Assembly (NCBI GenBank): GCA_030264375.1
Contig: JASCQW010000119.1
Location: 31,586,991 to 31,650,990 of the forward strand
Direction of reading: 5' to 3'
Origin: Carcharhinus longimanus
Lineage: Eukaryota
Length of the DNA: 64,000 bases
Positions 50,693 through 63,645 of this stretch are shown piece after piece. Position 1 is the stretch's first letter. Each line of letters opens with the position of its first letter. The notes beneath the pieces are model-generated. The model searched no databases. It was given only the letters and a program-made list of their open reading frames with translations, and had not been told where the DNA came from. The translations under genes and the position numbers were made by a program.

Positions 50693-51345
50693 ATAACATG
50701 AGAACATGAGAATTAGGAGAAGGAGTAGGCCATCTGCCTGCTCTGCAATTTAATAAGATCATGGCTAATCTTTTTGTGGACTTAGCTCCACTTACCCCAC
50801 CCGCTCACCATAACCCTTAATTCCTTTACCGTTGAAAATTCTATCCATCTTTGCATTAGAAACATTCAATGAGGTAGCCTCAACTGCTTCACTGAGCAGG
50901 GAATTCCACAGATTCACAACCCTTTGAGTGAAGAAGTTTCTCCTCAACTCAGTCCTAAATCTGCTCCCCCTTATTTTGAGGCAATGCCCCTTACTTCTAG
51001 TTTCACCTGCCAGTGGAAACAACCTTCCTGCTTCTATCTTATCTATTCCCTTCATAATTTTATGTGTTTCAATAAGCTCCTCATTCATTCTTCCAAATTC
51101 CAATAACTAGTCCCAGCCTAGTCAATATTTCTTCATAAGCCAACCCTCTCAACTCAGGAATCACCCTAATGAATCTCTACTGCACCCTCTCCAATGCCAG
51201 TACATATTTTGACAGGTAAGGAGACCAAAACTGTACATCATACTCAAGTGTGGCCTCACCAGCACTCATACAGCTGTAACATAACTTCCCTGTTTTTAAA
51301 CTCCATCCCTCTAGCAATGAAGGACAAATTCCATTTGCCATAACA
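50693..51345 (-). mobile_element. CR1 LINE 3' portion
   Basis: LIETHKIMKGIDKIEAGRLFP..RFRTELRRNFFTQRVVNLWNSL; terminal catgagaa repeats. Confidence 0.9.
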
Positions 51346-51396
51346 TTACTTCACCCATATCTCAGCGCATTGCTATTGAAACTGTCATAAATGCTT

Positions 51397-51501
51397 TGAT
51401 GTGGAGATGCCGGCGTTGGATTGGGGCGGGCACAGTAAGGAGTCTCACAACACCAGGATAAAGTCCAACAGGTTTATTTGGTAGCACGAGCCTTTGGAGT
51501 G
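51397..51501 (-). mobile_element. Penelope 3' terminal fragment (family B)
   Basis: gatgtggagatgccggcgttgga..tctcacaacaccaggataaagtccaacaggtttatttggtagcacgagc. Confidence 0.8.
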
Positions 51502-51509
51502 TCAGCAAG

Positions 51510-51800
51510 GGAATCCCGACAGTGCAGAAAGAGGCCATGCAGCCCATCCAGGCTGTATCGACTCTCTGAAAGAGTTTCTTACTCAGGCCTTCCTCTCCAC
51601 CCTTTGCTTGTGACTCTGTGCATGTACCATGATCAATCCACTTAACTTACACATATTTGGACTGTGGGAAAAAACCAGAGCACACAGAGGAAATCCATGT
51701 AGACAAGGGAAGAACATGCAAACTCCACACAGACAGCCAAGGTTAGAATCAAACCTGCGTCCCTGGCACTGTGAGGTAACAGTGCGAACCATGTGCCACC
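51510..51800 (-). mobile_element. V-SINE (HE1-like), tail type 1
   Basis: tttggactgtgggaaaaaaccagagcac..atgcaaactccacacagacag..cctggcactgtgagg. Confidence 0.8.
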
Positions 51801-51809
51801 TTTGTTACC

Positions 51810-52190
51810 TATAGACTTGACTATTCCAATGTGCTCCTGACAACCACCCCATTCTACTCACTGTAAACTTGAAGCCACCCAAAGTTCCACTGTCTTGTGT
51901 CTTGCGCAAAGTTCCTTTCACCTATCACACTTGTTCTCGTTGACCTACATTGGCTCCCAATGAAGCAATGTTCTCATTTTAAGATTGTTTTTCATTGTCT
52001 TCAAATCTTTCCATAGCCTCAGATGTCTCTGTAATCTCCTCCAGCACCACAAGACAATAAACATCTGCACTCCTCTTGAGCCTTGGCCCCAAGCTCTGGA
52101 ATGGCTTCCTTACGTGTCTCCATCTCTCTACCTCGCTTGCCTCTTCTAAGACATCCTTAATACCAACTACTTTGGTTATCTGACCTGTTG
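51810..52190 (+). mobile_element. L2 LINE 3' fragment
   Basis: agacttgactattccaatg (RLDYSN) and ctacattggctccca (LHWLP) followed by tttaagatt. Confidence 0.7.
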
Positions 52191-52621
52191 ATTGGAATTT
52201 TCCAGACCCCCGCCTCTCCCCCATCCCCACCTTGATGGGTTTTCCTGCAGCAGAGACGGTTAGCCATCGGTGCAAGTTTCCATTCCCGCCAAAGATTGGC
52301 TCGCCTGTCCCGCTGCTGAAGAATCTACAGTGGACATGGACTTAGGCGAGACTGCAAGATTGCACCAGCAGCAAAGGCATTAAAATTTGGCTCATTAGCT
52401 GCTAATATGGCTTGGGTCATATTTTATTTTATAATGCTGCTGTGAAGATGCTTGGGAAATGTTATTAAGTCAGAAACACCATATAAATGTAACTTTTGGT
52501 GTTGCCTGGATTACAGTAGGGAACTATTTAAATTCACACTAGCTACAAGTTGCATTAATTCTTTTCATTTATTTGTATGCTAGGGTTAGATCCTCTGGTT
52601 CCTTGTTGAAATGTTGATGTT

Positions 52622-53129
52622 ATAAGATTCCTATAATGCAAAAGGAGGCCACTTGGCCCATTGTATCTGCACCAACCCTCCACCACAGCATCCTACCTAA
52701 GCCCATCCTTGCCCTGTCACTCCAACGCCATGTATTTATCACACTAATTCTGCTAACCTACAGATCTTGGAGGCAATTTAACATGGCCAATCCACCAAAC
52801 CTGCACATCTTTGGACTATGGGAGGAAACAGGAACACCTAGAGGAAACCCACAGAGAAAAGAGGAGATAAAAGCAAAATACTGCAGGTGCTGGAATCTGA
52901 AACAAAAACAGAAAATGCTGGAATATCTCAGCAGATCTGACAGAGCTCTGACGAAGGGCCATCCAGACGCGAAACATTGGATCAATTCTCTCTCCACAGA
53001 TGCTGTCAGACCTGCTGAGATTTTCCAAAAAAGAGGAGAATGTGCAAACTGCACACAGTCACCCAAGGCCAGAATTGAACTCGGGTCGCTGGCACTGTGA
53101 GGTGGCAGTGCTAACCATTGTACTGCCCT
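52622..53129 (-). mobile_element. V-SINE (HE1-like, tail type 1) split by a family A insertion
   Basis: SINE halves 52622-52867 and 53029-53129 join into a continuous copy like 60438-60749. Confidence 0.85.
52868..53028. mobile_element. Short palindromic hammerhead-type element (family A) with an 11-bp TSD
   Basis: Direct repeat aaaagaggaga at 52857-52867 and 53029-53039. Plus-strand motif AGCT-CTGACGA-A-GGGCC-ATCCA-GACGC-GAA-ACAT-T-GGAT at 52944-52982. Confidence 0.85.
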
Positions 53130-54119
53130 AGTTAACTCAGAAGTGGTGGCATGTAAAGAATCTATTATATATTTTCTGCTGGAGCTACCAGATTTCTTAA
53201 CATTCATATAATCACCAGCTCAGTGAAGACTGAGGTCAAACAAGGCTGTGTCATTGCACCAACCCTCTTTTTCTTCTTCCTCACTGCAATACCGCACCTC
53301 ACCTCCAGAAAAGTAACCACTGGCATGGAGATAATTTCCGTGATGGATAGAGAATTGTTTAACCTATACCCCCTTCAAACCAAACCAAACCAAAATCACT
53401 CCAGTTTCAGACATTGAGCTTTGGTAGGCAGATGACATTTGTCAATGTACTCACTCAGAAACTGAGCCCTGAGTCATTTTCAACTGCTATTGCAAAGCAT
53501 ATGTGCAAGTGGGTCTTTCACTGATCCCTGGAAGAATTAAGATCTTCTTCAATCTAGTTCCCACAGCAAAATAATTTGTCCCATAGATTAATATCAGCAG
53601 CAAGATTCTGGAAAATAAGGATCATTTTCTGTGACTTGGGAACTCTCAATGAAGGCAGACATAGGTAACAAAATTCATCATTGTGCCAGCTCAGGCTAAA
53701 TGAGGAAAAGAGTGTTTAACTGCAGGATCTCAAATCTGAGACTGATGTTAAGGTTTACCAGGCAGTGGTGATCTCCATGCTCTGTTATGCTTCAGAGCAT
53801 TGAATAATCTACAGCAGGCATCTCAAAACTTTGGAGAAGTACCAGCAGTGGTGCCTTCACAAAGTCCTCCAAATTTGGATGGGAAGAAAGACGTCCAACA
53901 ATGGCATCCTCTCCCAAACCAACCCAGTGTCATGCTGCTAATCACTCAAAACCAGCTCAGCTGGACAGGACATCTCATTTGTATGTCTGACACCAGTCTC
54001 CCAAAGCAATTGTTCTGTGCGGAACTTGATCACAATAGGAAACTCCTTGGAGGACAGCAAAAATGCCTTTGCGATGTCTTCAAAGCTTTTCTGAAGAGGC
54101 CAGATGTTTCTGGCCTAAG

Positions 54120-54710
54120 ATTTTGATTTTAATTTTGATTTGATTTATTATTGTCATATGTATTGGTATGCAGTAAAAAGTATTGCTTCTTGCGCACTGT
54201 ACAGACAAAACATACCTTTTTTTATTGTCACAAGTAGGCTTACATTAACATTGCAATTAAGTTACTATGAAAATCCCCTAGTCGCCACACTCCTGCATCT
54301 GTTCAGGCACACTGAGGGAGAATTTCGTCTTTTAGACTATGGGAGGAAACCAGAGCACCCGGAGGACACCCACGTAAACATAGGGGGAATATGCAGACAC
54401 TGCACAGTGACCCAAGCCAGGAATCGAATCCGGGTCACTGGCGCTATGAGGCAACAGTGCTAACCACTGTGCCACCGTGCATTAGTGAACCAGATGGGCT
54501 TTTACAACATTCGATGATGGTTGCATGGTTACCGTTATGGAGACAAGTTTTCGAGTGCAGTTATTTTATTAATTAATTGAATTTACGTACATACTATACA
54601 CAGAGAAGGAAAGGAGTGGGTGCAGAACGTAGTGTTGCAGTCACAGTTGGGTGTCAAGAAAGGTCAACTTATTATGAGGTAGGTCCATTCGAAAGTCTGA
54701 TGGCAGCAGG
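54120..54710 (-). mobile_element. Rex1/Babar-like 3' end, itself interrupted by SINEs
   Basis: tgatttgatttattattgtcatatgtatt.. is the reverse complement of 49430-49491; it resumes ~54590 to ..aagtctgatggcagcagg. Confidence 0.75.
54221..54480 (-). mobile_element. tRNA-derived V-SINE, tail type 2
   Basis: Minus-strand head GCACGGTGGCACAGTGGTTAGCACTG..GGATTCGATTCC; tail gtgtggcgactaggggattttcatagtaactt..gtaagcctacttgtgacaataaa. Confidence 0.88.
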
Positions 54711-55507
54711 TCAGGTCAATGATGAAATCTGTGATCTAAACTTGTGATTAATGAAACTGGAGAAGGTTTATTTAGGAAGGCACCAAACACACCAAAACAC
54801 CTCATTGGGAACACATAGGGGTGAAGTCACGGCATCGGAGAGAGCGTGAAAATCTCCAACCAACTCAAGTACTTGTCCCTTTAAGTACCAGCTTCTCTAC
54901 TGTGGCAGATCATGCATTTGGTTTATCAGCCACTTCAGAACATGTTGACAGAATGAAAGCAAGCCATCCTCAGTCCTGAGAAAGTACCTCAGAAAGAGAA
55001 GATGGACTCTACCTAAATGGCAGGAACTGCTTGTATGCATCTGTGCTATAATGTACACATTCAGGATTAATTATATAAAGTATTAGTAGTTGTGTACTTG
55101 GCAGCAATATCTATGATACATATTACTACATTTTGAGGATTTACTTTTGTCTATTGCTAGATGTATGAATTTTTCTTTTAAATTCGAGTTTATTTTCAAA
55201 GGGACCACTGCTCAGATGACTTCTCGGCTGACTATTTATAAAAAAAACCTGCTGACAGAATTTTGAGAAAATCTAATGAGGAATTTTAATTGGAGTGAAA
55301 AATTGGTTTCTTATATAATGATCTAAAATTTGTTTTTTCTGTACAGCTTGTGGCCCTGAAAAATATGTGGAGACCTCTCACGATGGGGTTTGGCAACTTT
55401 GAGGGGAGTGCAGAAGTTCTGTCTGCCCATTGTGGAGGACATTGATCACACAGAGGACATTAAACAGATACCTTGAGGTTAGGCTACTTAACAAATTCTG
55501 TGTGATT

Positions 55508-55800
55508 AAACAAAGAACAAAGAACAAAGAACAACCCAGCACGGGAAACAGGCCCTTCGGCCCAACAAGCCCGCGCCGCCANNNNNNNNNNNNNNNNNNN
55601 NNNNNNNNNNNNNNNNNNNNNNNNNNNNNNNNNNNNNNNNNNNNNNNNNNNNNNNNNNNNNNNNNNNNNNNNNNNNNNNNNCATCAGGCCCCGGAGCTTT
55701 ATCCGTCCTTACGCTACCTAAAAGCCCTAGCACTTCCTCCCTCGTAATAGTTATTTCCAATAGATTGTTCCTTCTGCGTGCCACTAAAACCCATCTAACT
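55508..55800 (-). mobile_element. Young CR1 copy spanning an assembly gap
   Basis: Left of the gap is a CpG-rich 3' end with aaagaac repeats. Right of the gap is the ORF2 linker motif ITREEVLGLLGSVRTDKAPGPD. Confidence 0.75.
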
Positions 55801-57739
55801 GGGCACAACCTAAAGGAAGGTTACTGTGGTACATTGCCACAGTGTCAATAGTTTCTGCAGCTGGAGGTCTGTGGCTGAGGATGAGACAAAAAATGGTTCT
55901 GTTTTTGAATGACTTATAACTGATTGCTTTGTGAGTGGTTGTATAACAAAACTTATATGGAAATTCTACAATCACACATTCCATGTCCCAAATTGTTTGA
56001 TATGAGTGCCCTTGTATCCAACAATGCTGAAGGCCAAAATAAGAAACACATCATGTGATGTATTTCTCTCATTTAGAGTGGATTGTGATACATATACCCA
56101 TAAATAGGTATAAGTATGTAGGACATCATCATCGTTTTCTATGGAGCCAGAAAGGGGTGGAAACCGAACTGTTCTGAGTTCTATTGCTCCTGCAGATATT
56201 CCACATCAAAAGCACCTTACCCTGCAGCTCCTAGTGTTTCAGGGAGAATACTTACAGACAACTGGTAAATTAATTGCATTTTGGAATCCCATTTTGCTAT
56301 ACCATATGAAATATTTAGACAAAAGCTCTCTCAGATGTTACATTTCCAGTTATCATTGTGCTATTGAAGAAATCTTTTGGAGACCACCTTTAACTCCTTC
56401 CAAGTAATGAGGCATATAGAATCAAAGGTAATATCATGATAGGTTGCTTTCACTTTCTTAGTAGTGGTAATAATTTTTACGTCTGTCAATTCTCTCCATG
56501 TCTTATCCCTTGCTGGAGTACAGTGACTCTTAGACGAGGTAGAAGGACATCCGTTCCATTTGGCTTACATGGCCATTGCATACGTGTGATCTGAGATAAT
56601 TACAGGTTGGAAACTGCATGAGATGTCAGTCAACACTAATCCAGTCCACACATGCACATTTCCAACTGGTTAATGAGCAGAAATGGGAACTCTTGTGTAT
56701 TTTTCCCTCTTCTTATAACTAAGGAAAAACAGAGATCTATTGTAGCACTCCCATTGCCACCAGGGCTATGATCAGCCAACTCAGCACAGACTGGGGATTG
56801 AACTTGTTATGTTCTAGTCTGTATGCATTCATTGCACAAACTCACAAAGTCACTGGGGGAGTCTAACTAGCATGTATAATGCCCTTGGCCTGTTATTATT
56901 GTGATATGCATAGATCTGTTGTTGTAGATAATAAATATTTAGTATCTGGAGAATGTGTAAATTTCCATGAACCTAAGATTAGTCTTCTAGGCTTTCTTTT
57001 GTATGCTCTACACAATTGCTTTATTCTGTCTTTCATTGCGGTAATCTAAAAGGGAGCTCTATAATTCTTGGAACTTACTTTGCTTCTATTTTATAGGGCA
57101 TAGTTACCATTTTATTTAAAGTCAGATACTTCTTTTGTGGAACTAGACAAATATGTTTTTGATGTTAATAGTGGCAGATTGATAACAATTCTCAACACTC
57201 CTCATCACTGGGAAGAAGTCCAGTTGGTTCCTTAAGGACCTGATTGCCTGATTTTAAATTACAGCATTAAAATATGTAGGTTGTCGACATCTCAAGAGTT
57301 TACAACTGCAGTAAAGAACATTTGTTAAAATATTTGCACTGGTAATTAGCTAATGAACATCAGCGTGAGTTTTTTCAAAGCAAATAAATATTCTTTTTTA
57401 ATTTCACTTCACGTGATTATTTTATATGATGCAATAGCTAGTCTTACGTGAGCAAAATAAATTCCCTCAGTGCCAACTCTCTAAAGCATGTCATTAAGGT
57501 TCCCATAACATTTAGGTCAAAAATGTTACCTTAATGTTGATTTAACAAATATAGATATGGAAATTACATTGGTGTGATCAGAAATGATAACTAAGTTGAA
57601 GAAGCAAATCATNNNNNNNNNNNNNNNNNNNNNNNNNNNNNNNNNNNNNNNNNNNNNNNNNGAGATCATGGCATAGTGGTAATCTCACTAACTCTGGGTT
57701 ACAAGAAGTCTAGGCTAATATTCTGGTAACATGGGTTCG

Positions 57740-57885
57740 TAGAAACATAGAAAATAGAAGCAGGGATAGAAAATAGAAGCCCTTTGAGCCTGCTCTGCCT
57801 TCGTTTTGATTACAACTGATCATCAAATTCATACCCTGATCCCACCTTGATCCGTTTAACGTCAAGAACTATATCTAATTTCTTC
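57740..57885 (-). mobile_element. CR1 3' terminal fragment
   Basis: tagaaacatagaaaatagaagcagg..gccctttgagcctgctctgcc. Confidence 0.65.
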
Positions 57886-58572
57886 TAATTTTATCACCTT
57901 CTGATATTCACAGTGAGTGATGTGTAATTATATATTCTGCCTGTTCATGAACTGAATCTCTCTCTTGCAAGCACCCACAGGCAGAGGAGTAAGGCCAACA
58001 AAGCTCCAGTCTAACTCAGACAAGGATGCTGAGATCCAAAGACTATCCACTTTGTGTTGACTTGCACCCCCTAACAGAGCAGAGACGCACATGGCGGTGG
58101 GTCATGGTTCTAGATCAGGCTCACTCAAGACAGTTATTGAACCCTTGTGTGATGTCCGGGGGATGTGTCAAAATGTTTATTAGAAGTGTAAGCTTGATGA
58201 ATTTGTGACTTATTGCTTGGAGGCAGCATTGTGTGAGGGCTGATCATCAGCCTGAAGGGATAGCTCCTGTTGTGCTCCTATGTGGTAGGAGCAAAGCTGC
58301 CATGGAGGCCCACCATCCACCCACCAATAAAGTGGTTACAGGAAAATTACAAATTCTTTTCCTACTGGCAGCTTTCAGATTTTCGGCTTCACTCCAAACT
58401 TTCCAACATTAGTCATCACAAAACTAACTGAGGCTCCCCGAGGAAGCCAAGGGCAAGGGGGGTTCACCTTGGACAGTGCCAGTGCCACCCTGGCACCTGA
58501 ACATTGCTAGTCTGGCACCTGGGCAATGTGCACCAGGCAGCGCCAGGAGGTGGGCCTCATGGATGAGGAGCT

Positions 58573-58690
58573 GGTGGGGGAGGGGACAGTGGGGGCAGGA
58601 CCAGTGGGGGCAGGGCCAGTGAGCAGAGCTAATGGGGAGGGGCTAATGGGGAGGGGCTAATAGGGAAGGGATTAATGGGGGAGGGGGCCT
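58573..58690 (+). repeat. G-rich minisatellite within a GC-rich interspersed element
   Basis: Units cagtgggggcagg (x2) and ctaatggggagggg (several, imperfect). Confidence 0.75.
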
Positions 58691-60437
58691 GCTGTCATTC
58701 TGCAGGGATCGGTGGTGGGGAGGGAGAGGGGGCTTTCAGCCACTCTGCANNNNNNNNNNNNNNNNNNNNNNNNNNNNNNNNNNNNNNNNNNNNNNNNNNN
58801 NNNNNNNNNNNNNNNNNNNNNNNNNNNNNNNNNNNNNNNNNNNNNNNNNGAGGGGAGGGCAGGCGGATCCATGATCGGTGGGGGAGGGGGGGGTTCGCTA
58901 TTGGTCTGGAGACGGGGGAAGTTGTCAGTGGGCATTGCATCTCGGGCTGTGGGCCTCTGCGATTGTGGGGTGGGGGGGGGTGGGAACTGCTTCAGGCTGC
59001 CTGCAGTAGCAGGGGCCTGACAGCTCTCTCTTGTCTGCCAGGCCCCTGCTACTGATAATGCACATGTGCAGTATCAGAGGCCTGCACATGTGCACTTCCT
59101 CCCTCTGTAGTTTTCAGGCGTGTTAAGCCCCACCCACCGGCTTTTGCAGTGTGAACCTGATGTGCTCAAAATCTTGCAGATGGAGTGCGTACGAGGGGGA
59201 CTAAAAATGGGCATGAAAGTTTAATCTGAAACTCCCAGTTTCAAGTCTGCCCAGCACTTAAAACAAAAATGGTAAAATCGCCCCCTCCGTTTGTGAAATA
59301 TTAGGAGGTTACTGCAACAGTGGATAGGATAAGAAATGCTTATCCCTGCATAGACTGTACAATCATCCATTCAATTATTGAGAATAATCTTCCGATAGTT
59401 TTTCAGAGTGTCGGTTTCAGAGCAAAAACTGGCATGTATCTCTCCAGCTGAGTTTTCTTTTCAGATTCTCTGGTACACTGAGAACTGAAAATCTGGTGGC
59501 ATTATTTCCGCTGTCACTCTGGTGGGTTGGACCCTGATATAGCTGGCAACAGTGGCTCCACAGAGATCAGGGCACCATTTTAAAAGCTTGCTCAATTTGC
59601 GTCTGAAATAAACTAACACCTCCCCCCCCCATGGAAATGTCCCCCATCTGAGAAGCATCGGGACACCCCCTACACAGAAGCATTGGAGTGAACCCTCCCC
59701 CACACATGTCTCAGGGCACCCTACACACATATAAAGAGAATCCCCAGTGGGACTCTCCAGAGGGCTTGCGCTTGGCACTGTCACCTGGTTGGCACTGCCA
59801 GGTGGCAGTGACAGAATGCCAAGGGGCAATGTCAGGGCATTGCATGGATATATCCTTCTCCTAATGGGCTATAATTACTTTTGACCCACCAGCGGGTTCC
59901 CCTCAATAGATTCAAGTTTTCAAAATCTGTTGTAAACCTCCCATATTCAGTGATGAGGGAACATATTGTGGGGAAACCCTTTAATTATATTTAAAATTAT
60001 TAACATGATGGTAGGAACCTTGTTATGTCACTGACAAGGGATTTGGAAAATCAAGAAACAAGATCTCGCTGATGAGATTCCCCTTTTCCGACTATTGTGA
60101 GATTTTGGGCCCACGTTGCCATTGACATTGATGATGAATGCAAGCTCAAAATCATCGCCATGGTATCATTCAGTTGCTCTATGAAAAACAACATATATGA
60201 TGAAGCACTTCCTTACGACTGCACCATGGTATCAGCCTGGACAGCCTCACATAAGGGTTCAAGCTTCTAACTTGGATCTCCTCTATTCCACCTGAAATAG
60301 GTGGAATTATTCCAAGCTTTGATCACTGTTTATGTGAAAAAGTGTTTTCCAAACTTGTCTTTTACCAGTCTGTGCATTTGTGTCCTTGCCTCACTGTGAT
60401 CCAACTTGAAGTTATGCAGAGTTAACTTTCTTTATTC

Positions 60438-60749
60438 CATAGAATCCCTACAGTACAGAAGGAGGACATTCAGCCCATCGAATCTGTACCGACCACAATC
60501 GCACCCATGCCCTATTCCCGTAACCCCACACATTTACCGTCATAATCCCCCTGACTCTAGTGTCAATTTAGCATGGCCAATCAACCGAACCCGCACATCT
60601 TTGGACTGTGGGAGGAAACCGGAACAGCCGGAGGTAACCCCTGCAGACGCAGGAGAAGGAGCAAACTCCACACAGTGACCCGAGGCTGGAATTGAACCCA
60701 GGTTCCTGGTGCTATGAGGCAGCAGTGCTAACCACTGTGCCACCGTGCC
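60438..60749 (-). mobile_element. Near full-length V-SINE (HE1-like), tail type 1 (CR1-like)
   Basis: Minus strand GGCACGGTGGCACAGTGGTTAGCACTGCTGCCTCA..GGGTTCAATTCC, V-domain, and tail gatgggctgaatgtcctccttctgtactgtagggattctatg. Confidence 0.92.
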
Positions 60750-62176
60750 ATTGGCACCTTTTAAGGTGAAGAATTCAAGCTTTAATGAAAAGAGTTTAAC
60801 CTTATCTTCTTTCCTTCCACCGGGTACACATCACCTTTTGAAACAAATTATTTTGATCACATGGAAGTTGAGAGGCCATTTAGAACTAATCCTTTGCAGA
60901 ATATTCATATTGTCAAAGTCAAAAGAAACTGTGATGTCCCCAGTGTGATCATTTTCCTATAATCACTCCTGCATTATTCTATGTGTGACATGGTGCTTAC
61001 CCTAGCTATCAGATATAAGTTAACATTTTCTTTCAGTACTTTATGTACTGTGGCTTGGAAGAAAAGAGATAGGATGCCTTAGTTTGTTACTGCATAAACT
61101 GGCAGCCTCAGAGATTGTTCTATTTAGTTCTTCCCTATAAGTAATAGATTTATTTGTTTATTGGGGGAGGGATAGCTCTGATTTACAGCAGAGAACTTCC
61201 AAACTTTGGAAAGTATGATTAACAATACATCATGGCATGGACTTTAAACTGAAATATTATCTGCTCCCTGATGGATATTAAACACTTTGGACTGCATTTT
61301 ATGCTCTCCCAATGACTGTGTTTTCAGTAGGGAGTGGGGGAAATGTAAAATATCACAGGTGGGTAGCCTGCTGGCTCCCCATACTCCCTCCCCCCCAACC
61401 CAGTATGATATAATAGTGATATGAGGTGTGAGTAAAGTGCCCACTAAATTTCCCACCCTTAGGCCAATTGAAGCACTTCAGTGGCTAACTAATGGCACCT
61501 AAGGGCCTCCAACTACCTTCATTACCATAATAAAATGGGCACAGGAGATGGGGTGAGAGTGTGAGGGCCGTTTCTTCATCAAAACTTTTGAAAGAGTTGA
61601 TTGGAAAGGCGCTCTCATTCTTTGGGGCTGCCCTGTGCATCAAGGGCATTCTCATCCTTCCTTCAGCTCCGCATTGTTGTGTCTGGAAAATGTATGTGGG
61701 ATCTGCGCCAAATCAAAGCATCCATCCATTGATATATTACATTCAAACCTCCAAAGACAGCAGGTAAATGTTACCAATTAAGTGGTATACTTGCTGCCTG
61801 GAAAATGTGGAAGAATTGCAGATGAATCTTGATTGGTTACCGTTCTGTTGTTACCTCCGATGCCCAGAGGTCCAGGGAACCTCCCACAGGCCTGTTCATT
61901 CGCTTGGCAGTCCCTCCCACACCTTTCTGGCTGGCAGTTCTGCACATCCTCAAGCCTGCTGGACACCACCGCCACTCCCTTCAAACCTCAACACCACACC
62001 CCATGCCCCCACCCCCCCAGCTCCCCGCCCCATCCTGTCCACTGAATCNNNNNNNNNNNNNNNNNNNNNNNNNNNNNNNNNNNNNNNNNNNNNNNNNNNN
62101 NNNNNNNNNNNNNNNNNNNNNNNNNNNNNNNNNNNNNNNNTTTATTTGATAGTAATCCTACTATATCCTACTTGAT

Positions 62177-62242
62177 TACTATCAAATAAACTGGTTGGAA
62201 TTAAACCTGGTGTTGTGAGACTTCTTGTGCTTCCCATCCAGG
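62177..62242 (+). mobile_element. Penelope 3' terminal fragment (family B)
   Basis: caaataaactggttggaattaaacctggtgttgtgagacttctt. Confidence 0.7.
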
Positions 62243-62489
62243 ACATAGGACAGCAACCCAAATTTCAGGATAATCTTGTAAAAGGTCTGACACTTGGTCA
62301 CCCTGCATAGAGGCCCAGAAAAGAGTCTGTGCAATCTGATAATGCAGAACTACCCAGCAAAATTTGACAACCAGCTCATGAGGAAGTGTATATATATTTT
62401 TTCTAGACAAGAATAGGGAACACAAGTCTGATGTCAAGCATACGTGACAATGCAGAGGACCAAGTGGAGAATAACAATGTCTCGACATT

Positions 62490-63002
62490 TTTATATTTGT
62501 TAATAGGATACGGGCATTGCTGGCTGGGGCAGCATGTATTGCCCATCCCTAATTGCCCTTCAGAAGATGATGGTGAGTTGCCTTCAGATCTGCTGCAGTC
62601 TATGTGGTGTAGGTACACCTACAGCGCTGTTAGGGAGGGAGTTTCGGGATTTTGAGCCAGCAACAGCTGGTGAAGGAACAGTGATATATTTCCAAGTCAG
62701 GACGGTGTTTGGCTTGGAGGGGAATTTGCAGATTATGACATTCTCAGCTATCTGCTGCCCTTGTCCTTCTAGATGGTAACAGTTATAGGTTTGGACAGTA
62801 CTGTCTGAGGTGTCTTGATGAGTTTCTGCAGTGCATTTTATAGACAATACATATTTTTGCCACTGCATATCGGTGTTGGAGAGAATGGATCTTTGTGGAT
62901 GTGGTGCCATTCAAGTGCAATGCTTTGTCCTGGATGATGTCAAGCTTCTTGGGTATTGTTGAAACTGCACTCATCCAGGCAAGTGGAGAATATTCCATCA
63001 CA
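62490..63002 (-). mobile_element. 3' portion of a CR1/L2-group LINE
   Basis: MEYSPLAWMSA..KKLDIIQDKA..SLQHR..VYKMH is a post-RT C-terminal domain; tail gggcaattagggatgggcaata. Confidence 0.8.
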
Positions 63003-63242
63003 GTCAGACATCAGCCAGTCAGTTCCCTGGATGATGAATCTCCACAACTTTAACAATCCCTTGTTGTCTTGCCAGGAGATGAGAATCATAAGAGAACTAT
63101 AAATTTTGACATTACCAGTTGATGGGTGCTATTATTTTTCAGATAATATAGCTAGGTGAGAAAGTAGGTATAAATCCAGAAAATGTGTATTTGACATTGA
63201 TTACAATGGTGGGGCTATATCATGATCTATACTCAGTATTTT

Positions 63243-63645
63243 TTTCACTGGAGCATAGCAGGATGAAGGATGACTTTTAGGGGTTTAGAAAATTATGAGG
63301 GGCATAGATAAGGTGAATAGCCAAGGTCTTTTCTCCAGGACTGGGAAGTCCAAAACTAGAGAGTGTAGGTTTAAGGTGAGAGGGGAAAGATTTAGAAGGG
63401 ACCTGAGGGGCAACTTTTTCATTCAGCGGGTGCTGTGTTTATGGAATGAGCTCCAGACAAGGTGGTAGAGGCGGATACAATTACAACATTTAAAATACAT
63501 TTGGATAGATACATAGATGGGAAAGATTTAGAGGGATATGGGCCAAATGCAGGCAAATGGGACTGCTTCAGTTTAGGAAACCTGGTCGGCATGAATAAGT
63601 TGCCCCGAAGGGCTTGTTTCTGTGCTGTATATCTCTATGACTGTA
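63243..63645 (+). mobile_element. CR1 LINE 3' portion
   Basis: aaaattatgaggggcatagataagg..ggacctgaggggcaactttttc..ccgaagggcttgtttctgtgctgtatatctctatgact. Confidence 0.9.

Larger units (their letters stand above)
53205..54990 (+). mobile_element. Degenerate RTE-clade LINE with nested insertions (54120-54710)
   Basis: VKQGCVIAPTLF, LFNL, a decayed YADD (taggcagatgac) and QLSWTGHLICMSDTSLPKQLFCAEL..GGQQK. The element appears to resume after ~54710. Confidence 0.8.

Noticed and set aside
52636-53207. 154-aa and 149-aa ORFs
   Set aside because: They are chance frames through a SINE plus a family A insertion.
60660-60749. tRNA-like sequence (also near 41300, 54430 and 53080)
   Set aside because: These are SINE heads joined to a V-domain and LINE tail, with no complete cloverleaf.
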